The position numbers and the translations under genes were made by a program. A stretch of DNA of 58,389 nt. It comes from Gammaproteobacteria bacterium. Its GTDB lineage: Bacteria; Pseudomonadota; Gammaproteobacteria; Comchoanobacterales; Comchoanobacteraceae. This document shows positions 45,880 to 54,863 of this stretch, in pieces. Each line of letters begins with the position of its first letter. The first letter of the stretch is position 1. Location: assembly GCA_040266255.1 (NCBI GenBank), contig JBDQEV010000001.1:1-58389 (forward strand), given 5' to 3'. The notes under the pieces are model-generated. The model was not told where the DNA came from, did no database searches, and worked only from the letters and a program-made list of their open reading frames with translations.

Positions 45880-48681
45880 GTGAAAGATGATCAAAATAAA
45901 TCTCTCTCAGACCGGTTGGCAAAATTAGATTTTGCTCAGGTCGGGGCTATTGGCGGTGTTGCTCTAGTGGTTATTTTTCTAGGGTATATGTTTTTTGGGC
46001 CAAGTGATGCTGGTACGGCTTCTTCTCAGGTAGGCGGTAACCCAGAAATTGAGTCGTTACCTGGAGTTGGAGATCCATCTGTTGAGTATTCGAAGCTCAT
46101 CTCTTCTCAAAATCAGGCCTCTGTAGATGAAGCAGCTCGGTTAGGCCAAAGTAGTATTCCAACATTGATTAAGCCTCAATATTCTTTAGACATGGAAAAG
46201 TTCACTGATCAATATGACCAAAAACAAGTGCAAAGAGATGTAGATCGTTGTTCTCCTGAAAATCTTAAAAAAGCACGAGAAGCAGGCGTAAAGGCTTCAG
46301 AGCTTAGATGTTTTGGTTGCACACTTGAAGATTTGAAGAATGCTGGATATTCTGCAGCAGAGCTAAGAGCTGCTGGTTTCAGTGCTGAGGAGTTACTGGC
46401 TTCAGGTTTCTCAGTAAAAGATTTAGTTGATGCAGGTTATAGTATCAGTGAATTGCGAGCAGCAGGTGTTTCAGCCTCAAGTCTATTGGCTGCAGGTGTT
46501 TCCGTACACCAGCTATTAGATGCTGGCTTTACCCCTGAACAGTTACTGTCTGCAGGTGTTTCCATTGCTGATTTGAGAGCTGCAGGTGTGCCGTTAGCAG
46601 ATATGATTGCATCTGGCGCAAATTCTGGCGATATTGTTGATGGTGGGTATTGTGCTCGTGGGCTTCTTATTGCAACTGAGGACCAATCTCAAATTAAATC
46701 AGGTGGTGTTAAGGCAGAGGATTTATATGATGGTGGGGTTACAGTAAGAGAGTTGCTAGATCTTGACTATTCTGTGAGTGAAATTGCTGCAGCTGGTGTT
46801 ACACCTGCACAGTTCTTAGCAGTTGGCTTATCAGTAGATGATCTGTCAAGTGCAGGCTTTACGAATCGTGAGGTATCATTTGCAGAGAAAAATAGAGCAC
46901 AGCTTAAGAATGGTGAGTGTAGTGCACAATACATTGAATCTCAAATGTCGATGGGCGTTAATGCAAAAGTTTTGTTAAGCCTAGGTTGCTCAGCAAAATT
47001 AATGGCTGATGAGGGATATAGAGCTGCTGATTTAATTCAAGAAGGGGTGACACCTGGTCAAATGCGCGTAATCGGCTTTTCTGCATCTGATTTGGTTGCG
47101 CTTGGAGTTGGTTTAGAAGATTTAGTCGATGCTTGTTATGATGCTGCAAGTTTGCTTGAGGCTGGTTTTACGCCTGATCAATTGGTTGCTGCGGGTATTC
47201 CAATTCAAGACTTGTTGAATGCTGGTGTCAGTATTAGAGACCTTAAGTCAAGTGGCGTTGGTTGTGGTGCAATGTATAAAGCTGGTATTTCTGTTGAAGA
47301 ACTGTTCATGTTAGGCTGCGATGCAGAATCTCTACGTGCAGCAGGTGCAAGTGCTGGAGAGTTGCTTGCTGCTGGTTATTCAGTCAGCGAGCTGAAAAGG
47401 GCTGGTTTTGGGCTTGATGAGCTAATAGCAGCAGGCGTTTCAGCAAATGATTTACTTGCGGCAGGGTACAGTATAGATGACTTACTTGCATCAGGGATGA
47501 CTAAGGGTGATTTGATCAGAGCAGGTATTAATCCTGATGAATTATATGTGTCAGATACAAATACGAGCGGCTGTAGTCCAAAACAGATCGATATGATGCT
47601 AAACTCAGGCCTGAGTGTAAAAGAGATTTTAGACGATGGCTGTTCTATTGAGTCACTTTTAAATGCTGGAGTGAGTGTTTCGGAGCTTTTAGATTCTGGC
47701 GTAGATGCAAGAAGGTTGGTTGCTTCTGGAGTCAGTTCTAATGAGCTATTTGCAGCTGGAGTCAATGCATCTGAACTAAAAGGTTTAGATTCGACTGAAA
47801 ATCTTTTAAATGCTGGATATAGTATATTAGATTTAGTCAATGCAGGATTTTCTCAGTCTGAAATTGCTAAAAGCTCTTCTGCAGATGAAATTGCATTATC
47901 AGGTACATCATTGACTCGCAGCGATACAGACTTGCTATTAGAGGAGCAAGATAGAGAGGCAAAGATTCTAAGACTTGCATCAGCGATGCAATCACAGGCA
48001 AGCGGCCTATATTCTACTTGGGATAGCATGCCTGTACAGACTGTGAGTTCTTCTTCACTGACCCCTGAGAAATATGGTATGAATATTGTCAATGGTCAGC
48101 AAGAAAGTAAAGTATTGCAAGAGGGTAACTTCATTAAAGCAGGAAGTCTAATGTATGCGGTATTGGACAATGATCTAAACTCAGAAGATCCTACTCCAGT
48201 GCTTGCAACTATTGCTAATGGTCCACTTAAGGGATCAAGAGTACTAGGTAGCTTTGTGCAAAATGAAAACAAGCTGGTATTGAAGTTTGATCGAATCAAT
48301 CGGCCTACAAAAAATAGAACAGAAAGCATTTCTGTATTTGCTGTAGACGTTAATACAGTCAATAATGTTGAGATTGAGAGTCACTACTTGCTGAAATATG
48401 GCGCATTGTTTGGTGCATCGTTCTTATCTGGTCTCAATGATGTAGCCAAGAATATCGGTACAACTGTTTCGACATCAACAGGGGTGAATGGAACATCTGT
48501 CACAGTAGATGGTGGTAATATTAATCAATCTAAAATACTTGCGGCCGGACTAGGAAAAGTTGGAGATAACCTAGTGAGTGAGGTACAAAAGTTCCAAGAT
48601 AAAGAGCCAACAATCAGAATGCGGTCAGGTGCAACATTTGGCTTACTGGTTATGGACGACTTTGAAGATCAAGCAGACTAA
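45880..48681 (+). CDS. icmE: Dot/Icm IcmE/DotG (VirB10/TrbI-like C-terminus, central repeat stalk)
   Basis: N-terminal TM segment, 'IESLPG', dozens of 'L..AG.S..EL' repeats, C-terminal 'IKAGSLMYAVLD..NSED..PVLATI..GPLKGS.VLG', 'HYLLKYG.LF.ASFL.G'. Confidence 0.95.
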   Translation: MKDDQNKSLSDRLAKLDFAQVGAIGGVALVVIFLGYMFFGPSDAGTASSQVGGNPEIESLPGVGDPSVEYSKLISSQNQASVDEAARLGQSSIPTLIKPQYSLDMEKFTDQYDQKQVQRDVDRCSPENLKKAREAGVKASELRCFGCTLEDLKNAGYSAAELRAAGFSAEELLASGFSVKDLVDAGYSISELRAAGVSASSLLAAGVSVHQLLDAGFTPEQLLSAGVSIADLRAAGVPLADMIASGANSGDIVDGGYCARGLLIATEDQSQIKSGGVKAEDLYDGGVTVRELLDLDYSVSEIAAAGVTPAQFLAVGLSVDDLSSAGFTNREVSFAEKNRAQLKNGECSAQYIESQMSMGVNAKVLLSLGCSAKLMADEGYRAADLIQEGVTPGQMRVIGFSASDLVALGVGLEDLVDACYDAASLLEAGFTPDQLVAAGIPIQDLLNAGVSIRDLKSSGVGCGAMYKAGISVEELFMLGCDAESLRAAGASAGELLAAGYSVSELKRAGFGLDELIAAGVSANDLLAAGYSIDDLLASGMTKGDLIRAGINPDELYVSDTNTSGCSPKQIDMMLNSGLSVKEILDDGCSIESLLNAGVSVSELLDSGVDARRLVASGVSSNELFAAGVNASELKGLDSTENLLNAGYSILDLVNAGFSQSEIAKSSSADEIALSGTSLTRSDTDLLLEEQDREAKILRLASAMQSQASGLYSTWDSMPVQTVSSSSLTPEKYGMNIVNGQQESKVLQEGNFIKAGSLMYAVLDNDLNSEDPTPVLATIANGPLKGSRVLGSFVQNENKLVLKFDRINRPTKNRTESISVFAVDVNTVNNVEIESHYLLKYGALFGASFLSGLNDVAKNIGTTVSTSTGVNGTSVTVDGGNINQSKILAAGLGKVGDNLVSEVQKFQDKEPTIRMRSGATFGLLVMDDFEDQAD
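46246..47875 (+). repeat. Degenerate decapeptide (paired pentapeptide) coding repeats of DotG
   Basis: Recurrent ~30-bp units such as 'AGYSAAELRA/AGFSAEELLA/AGYSISELRA', interrupted by Cys-containing segments. Confidence 0.9.
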
Positions 48682-48695
48682 TTTGGGAGATAGTA

Positions 48696-49403
48696 ATGGT
48701 AGATAATGATCCAAATAAAACGAATGAGCAAACAGCAGATCAGGGCTATGAGTTTCAGAAAGAAACAACACAAGAGTTTGGTAATGCTTCAGCTTCAGGC
48801 GGAACAGAAGACTTAATGTCTATTTTGCGTAACAAAAATGTTATGTATACGCTAGGAGGCATTGTAGGCTTATATGTGTTGCTCAACTTGTTTTCTTCAG
48901 GCAGTGAGATAGAGCCAGTAGAGGCTGAGGAAGTACAGCAGGAAGTCGCTGAGCCTCCAACCATGCAAGAGCAATCAGCATCCTATACTTCATTTGATAC
49001 AATGCTTAAAGAAACAACTGAGAAGGATGAAGATCTGGAAAAGTTGCAGCGTCAAGTCTCTTCACTCAATAGGCAAAATACAGACTTAAGATCTAGGGTT
49101 CAAACATTAGATCAGAAAATAGATGATATTAACATTAGTCTTAAGCGAACATCTGCACAGCTAGAAAAGCTGATTGATAAAGATATGGCAAAGTCTCAGG
49201 ATAAAAAAGAGGTTGTGTTAGAAGAATATCGCATTAAAGCTGTAATCTCAGGTAGAGCATGGTTGGTAGACCGATCAGGCAATAATACAACAGTGAAAGT
49301 TGGTGATAAACTTCCTACATATGGTAGAGTAACTGAAATTAAGCCAGTTGAGGGAATTGTGAATACTTCTTCAGGCAGGGTGATTGGATTTGATGCAAGT
49401 TAA
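48696..49403 (+). CDS. icmG: Dot/Icm IcmG/DotF
   Basis: Acidic N-terminus with 'YEF', one TM segment, coiled coil, C-terminal 'YRIKAVISGRAWL...TVKVGDKLPTYGRV..I....G.VNTSSGRVI'. Confidence 0.93.
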   Translation: MVDNDPNKTNEQTADQGYEFQKETTQEFGNASASGGTEDLMSILRNKNVMYTLGGIVGLYVLLNLFSSGSEIEPVEAEEVQQEVAEPPTMQEQSASYTSFDTMLKETTEKDEDLEKLQRQVSSLNRQNTDLRSRVQTLDQKIDDINISLKRTSAQLEKLIDKDMAKSQDKKEVVLEEYRIKAVISGRAWLVDRSGNNTTVKVGDKLPTYGRVTEIKPVEGIVNTSSGRVIGFDAS

Positions 49404-49959
49404 TTTGTTAACAGCTCTTTTTTTACTGACATTTGAGTTTGTTTCAGCTCAAACAGTTGGTGATAATATTGTGAAAGGACTGGCTGGTTCTGAAGAGTTT
49501 TTTGTTTACCTCTATTATGTAGTTGGAGTAGGTTTTGTATTCTCTGGGATTAATCGATTAAAAAAGCTTGGGCATAGAACTGCGTTTATGAATGTAGATG
49601 CGGGTGTCACTGGCCCAATGATGCTAGTTATTATTGGTGCTTGTTTAACTGCATTACCTACATTTCTAACAAGTATTAATAAGACCATCTACAATGAGGG
49701 AAGTATCGCTGCCGCTGCAGATCTCGCTTATGCAAAAAGTAATACTGATTTTATACAGCAAATAAAGCCAGTTATTTTCATCATTCAACTGATTGGAATG
49801 ATTGCACTACTGAGAGGATTTCTGATATTGTCTAAAGCAACTGGTCAAGGTGCGCAGCCTGGAACTATTTCAAAAGGTTTTATACATATCATTGGTGGCG
49901 TTCTAGCTGTGAATATTGTAGCAACTGCAAATGTCTTTACGAAAACTTTTGGAGTGTGA
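49393..49959 (+). CDS. icmC: Dot/Icm IcmC/DotE (ATG 49393)
   Basis: 'YVVGVGFVFSGINRLKKLG', 'IIQLIGMIALLRG..ILSK..GQGAQPGTISKGFIHIIGGVLAVNI'. Confidence 0.92.
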   Translation: MQVNLLTALFLLTFEFVSAQTVGDNIVKGLAGSEEFFVYLYYVVGVGFVFSGINRLKKLGHRTAFMNVDAGVTGPMMLVIIGACLTALPTFLTSINKTIYNEGSIAAAADLAYAKSNTDFIQQIKPVIFIIQLIGMIALLRGFLILSKATGQGAQPGTISKGFIHIIGGVLAVNIVATANVFTKTFGV

Positions 49960-50387
49960 TAGTGAAGAGTTATAGAAATATATTATTACTCAGTGTTGCA
50001 CTTCAACCTATGGTTGCTTTAACTGCTACTTGTGCTGAGTCAACAACACCTGGTACAATTGGTGCAATCTTATGTAATGTAAAAGATCAAGCGTTAGTTG
50101 GTATATTGATTTTCATTTATGCAGCATCTTTGTTGATAGGTTCTGGATTGATTGTTGCAGGTATTTTTAAACTTAAGCAAGTAAAAGAAAACCCAACACA
50201 GATTCCTGTTTCAACTCCAGGTGCATTTTTTATTGCTGGGGCAATGTTGTTATTTATACCGAATGTTTTTCCTAAGGTGAGACAAACAGTATTTGGAAGT
50301 TCTGCCAGTGGTTTGACGGGGGCGAATGAATATGCAGGAAAAACAGCCGGCGAGACTCAGGACATAACGAACTTATTTAGCGATTGA
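49956..50387 (+). CDS. IcmD/DotP family protein, paralog 1
   Basis: Signal peptide; 'GSGLIVAGIFKLKQVKENPTQIPVSTPGAFFIAGAMLLFIP'. Confidence 0.85.
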   Translation: MIVKSYRNILLLSVALQPMVALTATCAESTTPGTIGAILCNVKDQALVGILIFIYAASLLIGSGLIVAGIFKLKQVKENPTQIPVSTPGAFFIAGAMLLFIPNVFPKVRQTVFGSSASGLTGANEYAGKTAGETQDITNLFSD

Positions 50388-50734
50388 TGATGATAGGAAT
50401 ACTCAAAAAAAGCTTATTGGTGTTGTGCTTTAATTTGATTCAAGCGCAAACTATTACAGAGATCGCAATAAGTAGTAAACAAGATGTCATTAACGTTTAC
50501 AAAATGATGGGAGCACTGGCTTTTATTTGTGGGCTTTGTTTTATGGTTGTTTCAATTTTTAAGTTTAAACAGTTTAAAGATAATCCTCAGCAAACGACCG
50601 TTGGTACACCAATCATGCTTTTTTTTATTGGTGTTTTATTAGTCTATATGCCATCATTAGAAGATGCGTCTAGAGACACATTATTTAATGAAGCAGGTGA
50701 GTCATCATTTAATAAGATAAACACTTTATCGTAA
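50384..50734 (+). CDS. IcmD/DotP family protein, paralog 2
   Basis: 'GLCFMVVSIFKFKQFKDNPQQTTVGTPIMLFFIGVLLVYMPS'. Confidence 0.85.
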   Translation: MMMIGILKKSLLVLCFNLIQAQTITEIAISSKQDVINVYKMMGALAFICGLCFMVVSIFKFKQFKDNPQQTTVGTPIMLFFIGVLLVYMPSLEDASRDTLFNEAGESSFNKINTLS

Positions 50735-50752
50735 CTTTAACTGGAGAACATA

Positions 50753-51184
50753 ATGTTTAGATCACTCTTAATAAGAGCGTTGCCTTTGTTATCTTTAACT
50801 CAGGTCGTTGCACAGGCGGATGGTGCTGGGGGAGCTGGCACAGGACAAGGAATTGGATCAGTTGCTACTACGATTACTAGCCAGCTAGCAGCTGTTGGAA
50901 AGTTAGTTATTGGTGTTGCGCAAGTTGCTGGCCTTGTATTTATGGCTGCAGGTTTATTTAAGCTGAAACAGCATAAAGATAATCCACAGCAAATTCCAAT
51001 AGGAACGCCATTAACCATGCTTGTTATAGGTGCTTGTTTAGCGTTCTTACCAAGTCTTGTTGATACTGGTGGTGCAACTCTATTCGCTGATGGCGGAAAA
51101 AAAGGCGGATTTACTGGGCAAGGCTTCCAAGATGGTGCTGCTGACGCTGGTGGCGCTGCTGACGCTGCTGGTCGTCCTGGTTAA
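50753..51184 (+). CDS. icmD: IcmD/DotP, paralog 3 (most canonical)
   Basis: 'IGSVATTIT..LAAVGKLV..AQVAGL.F..AGLFKLKQHKDNPQQIPIGTP..ML.IG..L.FLPS....G.TLF'; GGAG RBS upstream. Confidence 0.92.
   Translation: MFRSLLIRALPLLSLTQVVAQADGAGGAGTGQGIGSVATTITSQLAAVGKLVIGVAQVAGLVFMAAGLFKLKQHKDNPQQIPIGTPLTMLVIGACLAFLPSLVDTGGATLFADGGKKGGFTGQGFQDGAADAGGAADAAGRPG
51134..51169 (+). repeat. 18-bp near-perfect tandem duplication (16/18) encoding GAADAG-GAADAA at the icmD C-terminus
   Basis: ggtgctgctgacgctggt followed by ggcgctgctgacgctgct. Confidence 0.8.
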
Positions 51185-51197
51185 ACTGGAACTTAGA

Positions 51198-51797
51198 ATG
51201 CATGAGCTTAATTTACGCTTAGGTCGAGAATCCTTGATGCTGTATCTTGAAAGAGATATTGACCCTAAATTTACCTCGTATGCAGATCAAGTAAAAGCTA
51301 GAGACCACAATACTTGCCAGTTTTGTGGTTTTCAGTCCTCTAAGTGTATGAAAGTTGTTAATGTTGATCATAATTATAGAAATAATTTGATGAGCAACTT
51401 AGCAACTGCTTGTCCATTCTGTGTGCAATGTATATTCTTAGAGTCTGTTGGCAATCTACTACCTGGTGGTGGTTACCTGATTCATATGCCTGATATAAGC
51501 CAAGCTCGGTTAAATGGAGCTTCACATGTGCTATTTGCAGCCATTGTTAATGGTTCACATTTATCGAGCAAGGCAGATTCAATGGTCAAGACTTTAAAGC
51601 TTAGAACAGCAGAGGTTGAAGGTCATTTTGGTAAAGGAATGTCAAGTCCAGGGTTTATGGGACGTATGATGATAGATACACCTGGAATGGATTTTTCAAC
51701 TGAAGAATTAATATTAAAAGATCTAAGGCTATTGCCTTCATTAAAACACTTTGAAAAGGATATTTTAAATTGGGCACATCAGGCGCAGATGTTTTAG
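51198..51797 (+). CDS. icmJ: Dot/Icm IcmJ/DotN (ATG 51198)
   Basis: 'RDHNTCQFCGFQ', 'VNVDHNYRNN..SNLATACPFCVQC.FLESVG', 'GGGYLI.MP.ISQ..LN', 'LRLLP'. Confidence 0.95.
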   Translation: MHELNLRLGRESLMLYLERDIDPKFTSYADQVKARDHNTCQFCGFQSSKCMKVVNVDHNYRNNLMSNLATACPFCVQCIFLESVGNLLPGGGYLIHMPDISQARLNGASHVLFAAIVNGSHLSSKADSMVKTLKLRTAEVEGHFGKGMSSPGFMGRMMIDTPGMDFSTEELILKDLRLLPSLKHFEKDILNWAHQAQMF

Positions 51798-51812
51798 TAC
51801 AGGAGTTAAGCC

Positions 51813-54800
51813 ATGGCATCATCAATATTAGAAGGAATTTTAGATGGAGTGTCTTTCTTAGGAAGCACGATATCAGTGGCCCTTAAAAAATCAGGTAGTA
51901 GCTATACTGATCTTCAAACAGCTGATGGAGAGTTTGATTTAGTTAGAGACGATGGGACTTTGGTTTCTATTATTCAAATTAGAGGCTTTATCGGACTGGT
52001 AGGTGAGGAAGAGTATGCAAGATTAATTGAGCAATCATTGCAAACTTTTAACACGCCGATGAAAAATGTAGGCCATACATGGTCAATGAACTTCAGTTAT
52101 AATATTGATCAGGTAAAAGATAAAATATCAGAGAATTATGCATTAGCAAGAGAGACGGCTAAACGATTAGATTTAGACTTAGAAGATGTTCTCAGAGAAC
52201 GTGTAGATTATATGAGTCGTTATTGCTCATCTGAAGATGTTTTCTTGGTGATCAATACACATTTAGATGTTTTGACTGGAGAGCAGTTACGATCCGCATC
52301 CAAAGATAAGATAAAAGATTTAAAAGAGAAAAAAACGCCAAACTTCAAAAAGACACAAAGCCCAGTAGTTTCACTGCATGAGATTAGAGATGCACATAAG
52401 TCGTTTGTTGCATCAATTGTGTCAGATCTCAATTCTGCTGGTGTGAGTTGCTCATTACTGCCTGCGCATGAAGCAGTATATCATATTAGATATAGTTCAT
52501 TTCCAAATTTCACAGATAAAAGTTGGTCACCAGTATTAATTGGAGATAAAGTTAAACCTAAAGTGGTAGAAGAAAACTTAAACATCTCCCCTGAGGCTGA
52601 TTTAGCAGACTTATTATGGCCATCACTAGAATCACAGTTATTTCCTCAAGATGGTGAGGTTCTTGATATCAAAACATGTAGAGTGGGAGATAAGCTCTTT
52701 TCCTCAATTTATATTGATTTATATCCAAAAGATGTACAGCCATTTAACCGTCTGTTCTCAAGGGTAATTCAAAATCATTTCCCATGGAAAATGGACTTCA
52801 ATGTAAAAGGTGGGGGATTGTCATCTCTGAAGTTTAAGCGTGCAATGTCAAGTGTTCTTGCATTCTCATCTTCGCAGAATAGATTGATTAATGATGCTGT
52901 AAAGCTACTAGATTATTTAGACCTTGAGACTGATGATTCTGTAGTCATTGTTCGTGCAGTTTTTTCAACTTGGGTGAATGAGACCGGTTCAAGAGAAGAA
53001 GATTTGAAAAAGTTGAGAACGCAAGTTGCAACGCTTGCTCGTGCTGTACAAGGTTGGGGCACAATTGATGTGACTGAGGTCTGCGGAGATCCTTTTGAAG
53101 GTGCAATTTCAAGTATGTTGGGGATGACCTATGATTCTCCAGCGCCTAAAACAGTTGCTTCCCTGAGAGATATTCTTAAAATGATGCCATTAACTCGTCC
53201 AGCTTCACCTTGGCAAAATGGCTCTTTGATGTTACGCTCTCCAGATGGTAAATTATGGGCATATCAGCCTGGCTCTCCTTTACAAACTACATGGATTGAC
53301 ATGATTTATGCTCGTCCAGGTTCAGGTAAGTCTGTTTTATCTAATGCGATTAATTTAGGCTTGTGTGTACAGGGTGGGATACAGCGCTTGCCAAGAATTT
53401 CAGTGATTGATATTGGCCCATCAAGTTCTGGGTTAGTCTCTTTGATTAAAGAAGCATTACCTGAGGATCAAAAGCATCTTGCATCATACATTCGGTTTAA
53501 TATGTCAAAGGAATACTCAATCAATCCTTTTGATACACAGTTAGGTAGCCGCTTTCCACTACCATTAGAGCGGTCATTTTTAGTGAACTTTGTCTCACTA
53601 CTTGCTACCCCAGTTGGGCAGGCATCAGCATATGATGGTGTAGCTGACTTGGTTGGGATGGTAGTTGATGAAGCATATAAAGCGCTAAATGATGATAGTA
53701 ACCCAAATGTTTACACCAAGGGAATTAGTGAAAAAGTTGATGAGATGCTAGACAGTATCAAGCATCAGGTGGACTCTAAGACTAGTTGGTGGGAAGTTAC
53801 AGATGCTTTATTTGATGCAGGGCATATTAGGGAGGCGTTATTAGCACAGAGGAATGCTGTTCCTTTGCTGAGTGATTTAACCTCAATAGCACGTTCAGCA
53901 GCAGTGGTTGATTTATATGGAAAAATAACAGTTTCTACAGGGGAGAGCTTGATTGATGCATTTGTCAGAATGCTTTCAAGTGCCGTTAGGGAATACCCAG
54001 TATTGTCAAGGTATACACAGTTTGATTTAGGTGAAGCGAGAGTTATATCGTTTGACTTAGATGAGGTTGCTAAGAGCGGTGGTGAAGCTGCTGAGCGGCA
54101 AACATCAGTAATGTATATGTTAGCACGCTATATTATAGCAAAAGATTTTTATCTTAATAAAGAGGCGGTTGCATCACTGCCAGAAAAGTATCGATTGCAT
54201 CATGAAAAAAGAGCTGCAGAGCTTAAAGAAGATCAAAAGCGTATTGTTTTTGATGAGTTCCATCGGACTGCAAAATCTGATGCAGTCAGAGATCAAGTAT
54301 TAGTAGATATGAGAGAAGGAAGGAAGTGGAGAGTACAAGTTTGTGTTATATCACAGGATTTAGCAGACTTTGATGATCAGATTGTTAAGTTTGCAACTTC
54401 TACATTCATTATGGATGCGGGGCCAGAGCAAGCAATTAAAGAAACTACACAGCGTTTTGGTTTATCAAAGACCGCTCAAACTGCTCTGAGACAGTCAGTT
54501 CGAGGTCCAAGAGAGGGAGGCGCAACATTTTTAGGTCAGTTTGCAACTAAAAATGGAAATCACTTACAGCTTTTAACATTGACATTAGGCCCAGTAGAAC
54601 TTTGGGCATTTTCAACGACATCAGAAGATGTATTGGTAAGAACTGTTTTATATGAGTCATTAGGTCCAATGGAAGCAAGACGAGTGCTCGCAAATATATT
54701 TCCATCAGGATCGGCATCGAAGTACATACAAGAGAAATTGAATAAGCAGTCAGAAGGTACGGGCGTTATTTCTGATGATGAGAAAAACTCTGTTGTTACC

Positions 54801-54863
54801 AGTGTAATCGAATCAATTATAAAAGCGTATCAAGAAAATCCAAACGTCAGACATTTAAGTTAA
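51813..54863 (+). CDS. icmB: Dot/Icm VirB4-like ATPase IcmB/DotO
   Basis: 'LQTADGEFDLV..DGTLVS', 'RSPDGKLW.YQPGS..QTTWID', Walker A 'ARPGSGKS', 'FDEFHRT', 'DMREGRKW'. Confidence 0.97.
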   Translation: MASSILEGILDGVSFLGSTISVALKKSGSSYTDLQTADGEFDLVRDDGTLVSIIQIRGFIGLVGEEEYARLIEQSLQTFNTPMKNVGHTWSMNFSYNIDQVKDKISENYALARETAKRLDLDLEDVLRERVDYMSRYCSSEDVFLVINTHLDVLTGEQLRSASKDKIKDLKEKKTPNFKKTQSPVVSLHEIRDAHKSFVASIVSDLNSAGVSCSLLPAHEAVYHIRYSSFPNFTDKSWSPVLIGDKVKPKVVEENLNISPEADLADLLWPSLESQLFPQDGEVLDIKTCRVGDKLFSSIYIDLYPKDVQPFNRLFSRVIQNHFPWKMDFNVKGGGLSSLKFKRAMSSVLAFSSSQNRLINDAVKLLDYLDLETDDSVVIVRAVFSTWVNETGSREEDLKKLRTQVATLARAVQGWGTIDVTEVCGDPFEGAISSMLGMTYDSPAPKTVASLRDILKMMPLTRPASPWQNGSLMLRSPDGKLWAYQPGSPLQTTWIDMIYARPGSGKSVLSNAINLGLCVQGGIQRLPRISVIDIGPSSSGLVSLIKEALPEDQKHLASYIRFNMSKEYSINPFDTQLGSRFPLPLERSFLVNFVSLLATPVGQASAYDGVADLVGMVVDEAYKALNDDSNPNVYTKGISEKVDEMLDSIKHQVDSKTSWWEVTDALFDAGHIREALLAQRNAVPLLSDLTSIARSAAVVDLYGKITVSTGESLIDAFVRMLSSAVREYPVLSRYTQFDLGEARVISFDLDEVAKSGGEAAERQTSVMYMLARYIIAKDFYLNKEAVASLPEKYRLHHEKRAAELKEDQKRIVFDEFHRTAKSDAVRDQVLVDMREGRKWRVQVCVISQDLADFDDQIVKFATSTFIMDAGPEQAIKETTQRFGLSKTAQTALRQSVRGPREGGATFLGQFATKNGNHLQLLTLTLGPVELWAFSTTSEDVLVRTVLYESLGPMEARRVLANIFPSGSASKYIQEKLNKQSEGTGVISDDEKNSVVTSVIESIIKAYQENPNVRHLS

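Noticed and set aside
46246-47875. Long ~30-bp periodic repeat region as a possible CRISPR array or novel repeat
   Set aside because: The repeats are degenerate, in frame and have no spacers; they are the known repeat stalk of DotG/IcmE.
47376-48362. Antisense ORFs (154, 79 and 88 aa) within icmE
   Set aside because: Shadow frames of the repetitive coding strand, with no motifs.
51057-51197. Hydrophobic N-terminal extension of IcmJ in the ORF track
   Set aside because: It overlaps icmD in another frame; ATG 51198 gives a normal soluble DotN.
23117-54863. Block interpreted as a conjugative ICE or IncI-like plasmid transfer region
   Set aside because: No relaxase, integrase, primase or att sites were seen; icmS, icmW and icmV and the interleaving with core genes indicate an effector-type chromosomal Dot/Icm system.
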